A stretch of 63,705 nucleotides of DNA, counting the filler, from Lama guanicoe (Eukaryota), in the NCBI GenBank assembly GCA_013239625.1. It is 208 parts of 208 records of this genome, joined end to end, with 100 filler letters (N's around TTAATTAATTAA, not from the genome) between each part and the next. Parts side by side here need not be neighbours in the genome. Positions count along the whole stretch, not along the records: positions 52,754 to 52,960 come from PNXV01034125.1; positions 53,061 to 53,267 come from PNXV01034126.1; positions 53,368 to 53,574 come from PNXV01034127.1; positions 53,675 to 53,881 come from PNXV01034128.1; positions 53,982 to 54,188 come from PNXV01034129.1; positions 54,289 to 54,495 come from PNXV01034130.1; positions 54,596 to 54,802 come from PNXV01034131.1; positions 54,903 to 55,109 come from PNXV01034132.1; 200 more parts are not named here. One strand, given 5' to 3'. The notes beneath the pieces were generated by a model. It saw only the letters and a program-made list of their open reading frames with translations, had not been told where the DNA came from and searched no databases. The translations under genes and the position numbers were made by a program. Positions 52,654-63,705 of the stretch are shown in pieces (the first letter of the stretch is position 1; every line of letters begins with the position of its first letter).

Positions 52654-53727
52654 NNNNNNNNNNNNNNNNNNNNNNNNNNNNNNNNNNNNNNNNNNNNTTA
52701 ATTAATTAANNNNNNNNNNNNNNNNNNNNNNNNNNNNNNNNNNNNNNNNNNNNTTCAGGTTATGATTTGCATTCAGAGGCTCTCTGAGAATTCAAAACAT
52801 TAATAAACATAAGAGTTGCAAATAGAACATACCTACATACACTGACACATTTGTACCCACATACTTTTTTGTTCTCCTGTTACTTAAAATGGAAAGTATC
52901 CTTTAGAAAATTTCATAATGACATATAGACACCAGTGAATTAGAACAAAAAGATGTTTAANNNNNNNNNNNNNNNNNNNNNNNNNNNNNNNNNNNNNNNN
53001 NNNNTTAATTAATTAANNNNNNNNNNNNNNNNNNNNNNNNNNNNNNNNNNNNNNNNNNNNGGAACCGCACAGAACCGCACGGATCCGCACAGAACCACTT
53101 GAATGCAACGCCACTCTTGCCTGCGGATGGGAGCGGGAGCTGAGCAGGCCCTCTGTCAGCCCTCGGGCCTGGGCCCCACAGACAAGAGACCAAGACAGCG
53201 AAAGACCTTCGGACTTCCGTGAACCCAGCTCCTGGGAATTTTAAGGGATCTTAAAGGGTACTTTTGANNNNNNNNNNNNNNNNNNNNNNNNNNNNNNNNN
53301 NNNNNNNNNNNTTAATTAATTAANNNNNNNNNNNNNNNNNNNNNNNNNNNNNNNNNNNNNNNNNNNNTGAAATGTATAAGAACCTGGTACATAGTAAGCA
53401 CTCATCAAGTATTATGTTTGCCATTAGCGTTATTAGTAGTATTAAGAAAACACAGTAGGGTGACAACGTAGGACATATAATTGATCCAGAAAATAGTTTA
53501 AATCATGAGAAAAATATAATTTAGGTTCCACAATATACCTGATGTGATCACCCTTTATCTCAAGGCACACTCAGNNNNNNNNNNNNNNNNNNNNNNNNNN
53601 NNNNNNNNNNNNNNNNNNTTAATTAATTAANNNNNNNNNNNNNNNNNNNNNNNNNNNNNNNNNNNNNNNNNNNNTCACATTGGCTTCATTTCCATGATGT
53701 GCTAAGCTGGGCACACGCCATGCGTTG

Positions 53728-53825
53728 TTTTTTTAAAAAAATTTGTTTAATGGAGGATCTGGGGATTGAACCCAGGACTTTGTACATGCTAGGCAAATGC
53801 TCTACCACGGAGCTATACCCACCCC
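53728..53825 (-). mobile_element. tRNA-derived SINE, camelid vic-1-like
   Basis: Reverse complement GGGGTGGGTATAGCTCCGTGGTAGAGCATTTGCCTAGCATGTACAAAGTCCTGGGTTCAATCCCCAGATCCTCCA plus an AT-rich tail. A and B boxes present. Confidence 0.85.
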
Positions 53826-56130
53826 ATCCTAAAAAAAAAACCTTTTTTTAATGAATGAGTTGTTTTATTTACTTACATGACNNNNNNNNNNNNNNNNNNN
53901 NNNNNNNNNNNNNNNNNNNNNNNNNTTAATTAATTAANNNNNNNNNNNNNNNNNNNNNNNNNNNNNNNNNNNNNNNNNNNNATTCCTCCACCTTGCTCCG
54001 CCCCGGGAGGCTGGGAGGCGGGTCTACGCACTGCATCAACAGCTGTGATCACTTATCACTGGCTTCTGATTGGTTCTGCTGATGGGCAGCACTTGGAGGA
54101 GCTGATGACCAGGAGTAAGAAGAGTAAATGCAGGGCGTGTATTACCCTGGCTCTCTTCTGTGTCCACTTTATTTGGACTTCTCCCCTTNNNNNNNNNNNN
54201 NNNNNNNNNNNNNNNNNNNNNNNNNNNNNNNNTTAATTAATTAANNNNNNNNNNNNNNNNNNNNNNNNNNNNNNNNNNNNNNNNNNNNGCTGGTGAAAAT
54301 CATTTCAGCTTTTAATTACCATTTTTAAAGATGTCTTTGCTCAATACGGGGCTCTGCATTGACAGATTTGCTTTCAGCACTCTAAGATGTCCTTTGCTGT
54401 CTTCTGGTCTCAGTTGTTCCTGGTAAGTAGTCAGTCATCTTTCCCATGGGTCGATTGTTTGGAAATTTGGAAACATTTCAGCCAATGTTTCTTTGNNNNN
54501 NNNNNNNNNNNNNNNNNNNNNNNNNNNNNNNNNNNNNNNTTAATTAATTAANNNNNNNNNNNNNNNNNNNNNNNNNNNNNNNNNNNNNNNNNNNNGCACA
54601 GTGCTTAGCGCAGAGCAGGCAGGTACCCAGTGAACGTTATTAGCTCCCTTACTGTTAAGAGCCTGTCAGGCTGCGATCACTGATATCTCATTATACATCA
54701 AATTTCACATATATGGCTGCACTTAAAAATTGGAAGTTGGCTCTAGTGATGTACAGAATTACAGTAACAAGTGGAAGGAAGCCTTTCCACAAATGGACAG
54801 CTNNNNNNNNNNNNNNNNNNNNNNNNNNNNNNNNNNNNNNNNNNNNTTAATTAATTAANNNNNNNNNNNNNNNNNNNNNNNNNNNNNNNNNNNNNNNNNN
54901 NNGAGCTTTTCCCTGGCCCGGCGCCCGGGTCCCGTGTCGCGGCCGTGGACGAGGAATGTTGACACGTCCCCCAGAGAGGAATGTTTGTTATGGGAGTACC
55001 GCTGGCGTGACACTCGGCCTCGAGCTTCTTGACTCGTCTGGATGACAGTTAATGGTCACCGTCTTTTTTCTTTTCTCCTCTTACTATTTTAAAGGAGGGG
55101 AAGAATGAANNNNNNNNNNNNNNNNNNNNNNNNNNNNNNNNNNNNNNNNNNNNTTAATTAATTAANNNNNNNNNNNNNNNNNNNNNNNNNNNNNNNNNNN
55201 NNNNNNNNNTTGCAAATGAAGATCCTGTGGCTTAAAGAGGGTAAATGATTTGCCTAAGTCCTCATTGCCAATAAGAGACCACTGTGGGTCTCATACGTAA
55301 GACCCTATCTCTCTGAATCCATGTTCTTGTAAGAACAGAGACTCTCTTGGGGTTCTAAGGCACAGGATTACATAATGTTTTAAGAGACATTTGTCTAAAA
55401 TAATAACTACAGAGGTNNNNNNNNNNNNNNNNNNNNNNNNNNNNNNNNNNNNNNNNNNNNTTAATTAATTAANNNNNNNNNNNNNNNNNNNNNNNNNNNN
55501 NNNNNNNNNNNNNNNNCTTTCTAGCTTGGTTACAAATACTATGCAAACTTGCAAAGTGTAACCTCGATGCCTTTTGCTTTGCATTTCTCCCATGACTTGT
55601 GATGAATGCGTTTCTCTTTTACTTTCCAGAGCTAGTTATTCTTCCTCTTTTGTGATTTTTTTTTTTTAGAACCATTATGATACCTTCTGGAATTGAATTA
55701 TCTTAAAACTAGTTTTCTCTCTGNNNNNNNNNNNNNNNNNNNNNNNNNNNNNNNNNNNNNNNNNNNNTTAATTAATTAANNNNNNNNNNNNNNNNNNNNN
55801 NNNNNNNNNNNNNNNNNNNNNNNCCCCCAACTCTCACCCCTCCCTTGAGTCCTGAGAGGACGAGCAAACATCAGGAGGGCTGGGTCCTCGCCCGACTTCT
55901 AGGGAAAACAAGGGGACACAGCTGGCTCAGGTCAGGAGCCGCATGGATTCCCTGACACCCCGTGGGCCTATTATAGGAGCATGGGAAGCTTCGGGTGAGA
56001 GGCACAACAGGGACCAGAGCTCTTTTCTTCNNNNNNNNNNNNNNNNNNNNNNNNNNNNNNNNNNNNNNNNNNNNTTAATTAATTAANNNNNNNNNNNNNN
56101 NNNNNNNNNNNNNNNNNNNNNNNNNNNNNN

Positions 56131-56290
56131 TACTTAATAGCACGGGGAACTATATTCAATATCTTGTAATAATCTATAATGGAAAAAATAAAAAGGAATA
56201 TATGTACGTATACGTCTAACTAGAACATTATGCTGTACACCAGAAATTGACAAAACATTGTTAACTGACTATACGTCAATAAAAACTTTT
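56131..56290 (+). mobile_element. LINE-1 3' terminus
   Basis: ATAGCACGGGGAACTATATTCAATATCTTGTAATAATCTATAATGGAAAA...GCTGTACACCAGAAATTGAC...ACTATACGTCAATAAAAA. Confidence 0.9.
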
Positions 56291-56744
56291 TTTAAATCAT
56301 TTGAGTTTCAACAGACTCCAAAGTAATCCACTGGGAANNNNNNNNNNNNNNNNNNNNNNNNNNNNNNNNNNNNNNNNNNNNTTAATTAATTAANNNNNNN
56401 NNNNNNNNNNNNNNNNNNNNNNNNNNNNNNNNNNNNNTTATGTGCCCAGTCCTGTGTGTGTTGACGGGTCCAGCCAAGGGTGGCTGCCCTTTAGGAAGCC
56501 ATCCCCAGAGCGCAGTGGAGCTTGTCTACCTGTCAGCCTGCTGAACGCCCGAGGCCTACTGAACGTCACCGGCTGGATGCCCTGGTCCTGCCTTAGAAAG
56601 CGGCCACACCGGGTAGTAAGGGCCACTCTTGTGTCTCACTGAGANNNNNNNNNNNNNNNNNNNNNNNNNNNNNNNNNNNNNNNNNNNNTTAATTAATTAA
56701 NNNNNNNNNNNNNNNNNNNNNNNNNNNNNNNNNNNNNNNNNNNN

Positions 56745-56898
56745 CCTCTGCCGTCTTCCCTCCCCTCCCCGCCTGCCCCGTGTGCGGCGGCGGGAGCGCG
56801 CGGCGCGGCGGCGGCCACCCCTCTGCGGAAGGCGGCGGGAGGGCAGGGCTGGGCGTCCGGGCCGGAAGCGGCCGGGTCCCGGCGGGGCGGCCGCGGAC
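56745..56898 (+). promoter_or_regulatory. CpG-island promoter/5' UTR upstream of the ANKRD29 start codon
   Basis: CpG-dense, with a GGGGCGG GC box and a CCGGAAG ETS motif immediately upstream of the ATG. Confidence 0.7.
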
Positions 56899-56919
56899 AT
56901 GTGCAGGATGTCGTTCAAG
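56899..56919 (+). CDS. ANKRD29: Ankyrin repeat domain protein 29, first coding exon (MCRMSFK)
   Basis: GACATGTGCAGGATGTCGTTCAAG|GTGAGC. The peptide equals the N-terminus I recall for ANKRD29 (MCRMSFKKETPLANAAF). Phase-0 donor, CpG-island context. Confidence 0.8.
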
Positions 56920-57665
56920 GTGAGCGCCGCGGGCCCCGGGCGGGCGCGCCGNNNNNNNNNNNNNNNNNNNNNNNNNNNNNNNNNNNNNNNNNNNNTTAAT
57001 TAATTAANNNNNNNNNNNNNNNNNNNNNNNNNNNNNNNNNNNNNNNNNNNNAGCATCTGAACTGATTTCGAATTTGGTACAGGGAAATAAGGGCTGATAG
57101 GAGCAGATACTGAGAGTTGAACTAATGAAACAGGGCAAAGGATGGTAAGGACTCCTCCTCTCCTCCCTCAACAATGGAAGCTGGCAATCATGAGTAAAAG
57201 TGATGTGAATCTGTGATCACTGCCCACTGGGACTCAGAGTTTGTGTCTACTGACCCTANNNNNNNNNNNNNNNNNNNNNNNNNNNNNNNNNNNNNNNNNN
57301 NNTTAATTAATTAANNNNNNNNNNNNNNNNNNNNNNNNNNNNNNNNNNNNNNNNNNNNTTATAATGCATATAATTGTACCCAGAACATTTTTGGTTTAAA
57401 AATAATTAATTGTATAAATGCATATTTATTTCCAAAGTGTTACCAGCATTCAAGGGCTGTTTCCATATGACAGAATTTCTAAAATATGTGTCCTTTGACC
57501 AAGATGAGCCTTAATATTCCCCTCAGCTGGACTAACCTTTAGAAAGATTTCTCCTGACTACAGGCNNNNNNNNNNNNNNNNNNNNNNNNNNNNNNNNNNN
57601 NNNNNNNNNTTAATTAATTAANNNNNNNNNNNNNNNNNNNNNNNNNNNNNNNNNNNNNNNNNNNN

Positions 57666-57838
57666 AGAAGAAAAAGAAAAAAAATGGAAAAAAAAGGAAA
57701 AAAGAAAAAGAAAAGAGGAAAAATAGAAAAAAGAAAAAAGAAAAAAGAAAGAAAAAAGAAAAAGAAAAAAAAAGGAAAAAGAGAAAAAAAGAAAAAAAAG
57801 AAAAAAAACCAGGGGAAAAAAACCCCAAAAACAAAAAA
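57666..57838 (+). repeat. A-rich polypurine low-complexity tract, (GAAAAA)n-like
   Basis: About 140 nt almost purely A/G, followed by A/C-rich sequence. Confidence 0.95.
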
Positions 57839-60735
57839 TTGCCTCTGCCAGTCTCTCTCCTTCCATTGTTACNNNNNNNNNNNNNNNNNNNNNNNNNNNN
57901 NNNNNNNNNNNNNNNNTTAATTAATTAANNNNNNNNNNNNNNNNNNNNNNNNNNNNNNNNNNNNNNNNNNNNCCCAACACTCAGTGGCCAAACGTGGTCA
58001 TGGAAACGTGGGTCCCCTGGGAGCACCCTTGTCATGACAACGCCTTACATTCTGGGGATGCACTTCAAGTGGGAGTTCCTCCAGGAGGCCTATTAATGTT
58101 GATTGAAGGAATGAGTGATTAATCAGAGCATCATCTACAGTTGGGGTTCAGATCAACTCAGGGACAAGACTAGGGGGATNNNNNNNNNNNNNNNNNNNNN
58201 NNNNNNNNNNNNNNNNNNNNNNNTTAATTAATTAANNNNNNNNNNNNNNNNNNNNNNNNNNNNNNNNNNNNNNNNNNNNTGTCCGGACAGTGAGCGGGCC
58301 GACTCTGGTTTTCCCCCAGAAGTAAGGAATCGGCCAAACAACTTTCGTTCTTTGTTATTCCCTCCTCTGCTTGAAAACCTCTAGCTTTCTGTGTAGAGAA
58401 GAAAAGTGGGAGCCAAGAGGGCAGGAGGAGCCCATCGGAGAGAAGGTTCTGCCCAGTTCTAGACCAGAGGAAATGCGGTTCCCACCNNNNNNNNNNNNNN
58501 NNNNNNNNNNNNNNNNNNNNNNNNNNNNNNTTAATTAATTAANNNNNNNNNNNNNNNNNNNNNNNNNNNNNNNNNNNNNNNNNNNNTGCTAGTTATTCCC
58601 TTTGCCCAATTTGTTTTAAATCAAAAAAGTGAACTTTGCTACTTCCCTGCTTAAAACTTTTAATAGTGACCCACTGACTATAGGATCAAGTCTGGAATCC
58701 CTAATATGAGAAAAAGGGGCCTATGTCCTGGTCCCTTTTAAGCCTCCTCTCTCAGGTACTTGCTAGCCTTGCTCAAAACTGAAGGTCCAATAANNNNNNN
58801 NNNNNNNNNNNNNNNNNNNNNNNNNNNNNNNNNNNNNTTAATTAATTAANNNNNNNNNNNNNNNNNNNNNNNNNNNNNNNNNNNNNNNNNNNNACATTCT
58901 TAGCTTTTGAGTCCATTGCATTTCTCCACTTACTACGCTCAGCCCACAAGTAGATCCCTCACTTAACGGGAGCTTGATGGTAATTTCCACATCATCCTTT
59001 GGCCTTGCGTTGTAACCTTTCGTCTGAGGTGGACACAGATGTATAGTGCACGTGGGCAAGCTGGAAGGAATGTTTTGCTTTCATTTAATGTCTTTATTGA
59101 NNNNNNNNNNNNNNNNNNNNNNNNNNNNNNNNNNNNNNNNNNNNTTAATTAATTAANNNNNNNNNNNNNNNNNNNNNNNNNNNNNNNNNNNNNNNNNNNN
59201 CCACTGGTTACCCTGACTCCTCTTCCAGGACGCCTAGAATCATCTCGCCACCCAGCAAAAACCTGGCACAGATAAGGGGGCATCCGGGACCGCTCTCCAG
59301 ATCTTTGGTTGGGGTCTGGGCTTACTGGTCAGGGACGATGCCAAACTGGCAGTTCAAAGTTATGACCATCACCTCTGCATACAGGACACAATCCAGTGCG
59401 GGGTGGANNNNNNNNNNNNNNNNNNNNNNNNNNNNNNNNNNNNNNNNNNNNTTAATTAATTAANNNNNNNNNNNNNNNNNNNNNNNNNNNNNNNNNNNNN
59501 NNNNNNNTAATACATTTGATGAACTTGAGCAACTATTTAGTGTCTCTCTAATGAAACTGTAAATTTAACTCATTATTCCTATGAAATATACCCAGATCTT
59601 TTATGGGATAGGAGAGAAAGACAAAAAGAGAAAAATATGGGTGAATCTAGGGGAAACGACATGGGTGGTAGGTGCATGTGAGTAGGTGTGATGAGGGAAT
59701 ATACAGACAGTGGTNNNNNNNNNNNNNNNNNNNNNNNNNNNNNNNNNNNNNNNNNNNNTTAATTAATTAANNNNNNNNNNNNNNNNNNNNNNNNNNNNNN
59801 NNNNNNNNNNNNNNATGTCAACTGAAAGATATCAATCAACCAAATTTATACAGTGCCATTATTCCTGAACAAGATCTTAAAACAAAATCTGTGGCTTCCC
59901 GTGCTCAGCCAAAGGGTACAATCGGTAAGTAGTCTGGCAGAGCCTGAGTTGTCTTCGATGGGCCCTGGCACGTTGAATGGTGGGAATTTTGTACCCCCAG
60001 ATCTTTTAGGAAACAAGCCACNNNNNNNNNNNNNNNNNNNNNNNNNNNNNNNNNNNNNNNNNNNNTTAATTAATTAANNNNNNNNNNNNNNNNNNNNNNN
60101 NNNNNNNNNNNNNNNNNNNNNATGAGCTTGGGTTTGTTTTTGTTTGTTTGTTGTTAGATTCCACATACAGATGAGATCATAGATATTTGTCTTTTTCTAT
60201 CTTAACGCAGAGGTTTCTACAGTTCCATGCAAACAGGGGACTGTTTTAGTCTTGCTCCGACAGTCCATTCAAGGAGTATCCAGGATGAGAGATTTACCTG
60301 GCTGTAAACTTAAGAATGTATCAAGCTGNNNNNNNNNNNNNNNNNNNNNNNNNNNNNNNNNNNNNNNNNNNNTTAATTAATTAANNNNNNNNNNNNNNNN
60401 NNNNNNNNNNNNNNNNNNNNNNNNNNNNGCATAGATTTATATACTCCTTTTCACAGTCTTTTTCATCATAGGCTATTACTAGTCTGCCTTTTTTACTTTG
60501 TTTCTCTAATAATTCACTTCTATTGCAGTTTACAAATGCATTAGTCTCAAATGGATTAGAAATTAAAGACAAAAATAGTTCTTCCCGACAGATAATTGGA
60601 GGAATGCTGTGTTAGGATGGGGAAAGTGCTGAGAGNNNNNNNNNNNNNNNNNNNNNNNNNNNNNNNNNNNNNNNNNNNNTTAATTAATTAANNNNNNNNN
60701 NNNNNNNNNNNNNNNNNNNNNNNNNNNNNNNNNNN

Positions 60736-60885
60736 CTCTGTCACAGCTAATCAGCTCTGTCACTGTTGCAACAAGAGTAGCCATGGACAATACACAAGTT
60801 AATGGACGTGGCTGTAATGGACATGGTAAAAGTTTATTGACCAAAGCAAGCAACCCGGCCCACAGGTTGGAGTTAGCTGACTCGC
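60736..60885 (+). mobile_element. MER58-like hAT-Charlie element (another copy, opposite orientation, near 29430-29522)
   Basis: CTCTGTCACAGCTAATCAGCTCTG...GCCATGGACAATAC...AATGGACGTGGCTGT...AAAGTTTATT. Confidence 0.7.
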
Positions 60886-61963
60886 ACCATGCAATATTTC
60901 CCGCTGATTAGCAGACACTTTTACCTCTTCATTTCCCATCCANNNNNNNNNNNNNNNNNNNNNNNNNNNNNNNNNNNNNNNNNNNNTTAATTAATTAANN
61001 NNNNNNNNNNNNNNNNNNNNNNNNNNNNNNNNNNNNNNNNNNAAAATATTGCTTCTGCACTGTTCTGTCTTTTCATGTTCTAGGACTCCAGTCCTGTGAA
61101 TGTTATGCATTGCTCCCAAGTCCTGTTTGTCCCTTAGGATTTCTTCCCATCCCTTTGCCCCCCAGGCTCACTCAGTGCAGACCTTCCAGCCTGCATCTCA
61201 GCATCTCAAGACACTCCTCATGTGTCTGTTACCTGTGAGAGCCGTCTGTNNNNNNNNNNNNNNNNNNNNNNNNNNNNNNNNNNNNNNNNNNNNTTAATTA
61301 ATTAANNNNNNNNNNNNNNNNNNNNNNNNNNNNNNNNNNNNNNNNNNNNTGTGTTTTTTGTTTTCAGTAAAGTGTTTTTGAAATCTAATTGGGGAAACGT
61401 CTCAGCAGTGAGGACACATGACACTCCAGAAGGCTGACGTACAAGAAAATGCGGAACTCCCAGCGCCCAGTGCGAGCTAGGGCCAGGGGTCCCACCCGCT
61501 AGCTGGGGTCGGCCACAAGGGGGCACTGTGACAGCAGGTTTCTAGGCCAGCTTGGTNNNNNNNNNNNNNNNNNNNNNNNNNNNNNNNNNNNNNNNNNNNN
61601 TTAATTAATTAANNNNNNNNNNNNNNNNNNNNNNNNNNNNNNNNNNNNNNNNNNNNTCTCATTCCATGAAGGCCGCCTGCCCTGGAAATCTGCCCGGACC
61701 ACAGCCGACTTTGTATGAGCAAAATATAAATCTTTGTGTTAATCCTCTTAGAGTTGAGGGCTGCTTGTTATAGTAGCGTGACCCAGACTCTGCTGACATA
61801 TGCCTTCTCATTCGGCACTGTTTGGGCTTCATGATTCAGACTGTCCCCTCTGCAGGGCGCTCCNNNNNNNNNNNNNNNNNNNNNNNNNNNNNNNNNNNNN
61901 NNNNNNNTTAATTAATTAANNNNNNNNNNNNNNNNNNNNNNNNNNNNNNNNNNNNNNNNNNNN

Positions 61964-62170
61964 GTCAATATTCCTTATGATGACAGATGCAAAAATCCTC
62001 AATAAAATACTAGAATAACTAATTCAACAGCACATTAAAGGTATCATACATCATGATTAAGTGGCATTTTTTTCTCTGCAATACAGGGATGATTCAACTT
62101 AAAAAATTCAAACGTGATACGCTACATCGACACAATAAAGGATAAAAATCACATGAGCATCTCAAGAGAA
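61964..62170 (+). mobile_element. LINE-1 ORF2 RT N-terminal fragment, disrupted
   Basis: Encodes DAKILNKILE*LIQQHIKGIIHHD*V...KDKNHMSIS, the L1 RT motif with stops and frameshifts. Confidence 0.92.
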
Positions 62171-63498
62171 NNNNNNNNNNNNNNNNNNNNNNNNNNNNNN
62201 NNNNNNNNNNNNNNTTAATTAATTAANNNNNNNNNNNNNNNNNNNNNNNNNNNNNNNNNNNNNNNNNNNNACGCAGTTTGGCCAAGTGCTGGCCTCGTGA
62301 TGGAAGTGAGTGAGCACTGTGATTGGAGAGTGAGCTGACCTGCCCGTCGTTACAGAGTTACTGTTCTGTTATCTACTGTGGGGAGTTAAGCCTTCGAGCC
62401 AGGTGGTCTTGGCAGGTGGGGGCTCTGCAGTCACAAAAGGAGAGGGAGGGAGGCCTGGGGTGATTTGACACCATGGGNNNNNNNNNNNNNNNNNNNNNNN
62501 NNNNNNNNNNNNNNNNNNNNNTTAATTAATTAANNNNNNNNNNNNNNNNNNNNNNNNNNNNNNNNNNNNNNNNNNNNTGACATCTTTGTCAGAGAAATGG
62601 GTTTCTGTGGCTGGTTCCAGGACATTCACACACACACACACCCTATGATTGGGTATTCATGAATCATCTCTAAGAATGCCAGGCTAGAATAAGACCAAAG
62701 CTATGACTGGGAAAGAAGCAGTGGCCACTCATATTACTTGAGAGACGGGACATTGTACGCTGCACGGTGACCTTGTTTTCGTCCNNNNNNNNNNNNNNNN
62801 NNNNNNNNNNNNNNNNNNNNNNNNNNNNTTAATTAATTAANNNNNNNNNNNNNNNNNNNNNNNNNNNNNNNNNNNNNNNNNNNNGCTGATCTGCTCAAAG
62901 GGGTTCGTCCAACAGTTTGTCAGTAGTCTGTTGCACAAAGCCATAAAACATTGATTTAAGGTTGCTGGAATGGAATCTATTCATATTAATATTAAGTAAG
63001 CACATATTGAGTGCTTATTGTATGTTGGGAATTGTCCCTCAACCTCACATGAATATTATTTCTCTTAAAATCTCACATATTTCCTTGTTATNNNNNNNNN
63101 NNNNNNNNNNNNNNNNNNNNNNNNNNNNNNNNNNNTTAATTAATTAANNNNNNNNNNNNNNNNNNNNNNNNNNNNNNNNNNNNNNNNNNNNTATCTCATT
63201 TAAACTTTGTGACAGACCTAAGGGACTGGGGTTAGTGTAATAACACCTCTGCTGTAGGCAGGGAAACTAGGGCCCAGAGTGCCTGTCTTTACGACACAGG
63301 TCCTTAGTCTTTTTACTGTCTATTTCTGAGTTGTTTGTATATCAAGGACCTCAGTTCTTTTCATATATATTTTTATTTATTTATATTCCTTCCCAGTTNN
63401 NNNNNNNNNNNNNNNNNNNNNNNNNNNNNNNNNNNNNNNNNNTTAATTAATTAANNNNNNNNNNNNNNNNNNNNNNNNNNNNNNNNNNNNNNNNNNNN

Positions 63499-63705
63499 CA
63501 CGCATCATGTGTCACACAGCGTAGCACCGTACAGCACATATATGATATGTAGTACAGTGCGGTGTGTACGCCATGGTGCCGTGTGGCGTGGTCCGCGCGT
63601 CGTGTATCGCACAGCGCAGCACCGTACAGCACATATATGATACGTAGTGCAGTGCAGTGCGTATGCCGTGGTGCCATGTGGCGTGGTCCGCGTGTCGTGT
63701 GTCAC
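63499..63705. repeat. CpG-rich minisatellite, 95-bp unit (~2.2 copies visible)
   Basis: ACCGTACAGCACATATATGATA occurs at 63526 and 63621. Confidence 0.9.

Noticed and set aside
53750..53825. Possible tRNA gene
   Set aside because: The degenerate stems and AT-rich tail fit a tRNA-derived SINE rather than a functional tRNA.
57610..57920. Lys-rich and Phe-rich ORFs
   Set aside because: They are translations of an A-rich simple repeat.
63447..63705. Repetitive His/Thr/Cys-rich ORFs
   Set aside because: They are a by-product of the 95-bp minisatellite, with no splice or homology support.

Overview
This window is not a contiguous locus. It is an artificial concatenation of 208 tiny unplaced contigs (45 of 206 bp, then 163 of ~207 bp, sorted by length). 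They are joined by 207 identical 100-nt linkers (N44-TTAATTAATTAA-N44, stop codons in all six frames), leaving 43,005 bp of real sequence. The DNA is mammalian and most likely camelid (vic-1-like tRNA SINE, cetartiodactyl-type L1 3' ends, MIR/L2/MLT/MER relics). Adjacent contigs are unrelated, so no operon, synteny or multi-gene system can be inferred, and I found no novel biological system. Recognisable pieces: the ANKRD29 first coding exon, an Ig lambda V pseudogene, a TRAV26-like TCR V segment lacking its canonical acceptor AG, two unidentified CpG-rich first exons, a few candidate exons, a ~248-bp satellite reconstructed from four permuted fragments, a ~7-bp-unit satellite, two minisatellites, and four near-identical contig pairs carrying an exact 49-nt de Bruijn bubble signature. 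Gene and repeat names come from my recollection of consensus sequences, not from database searches.
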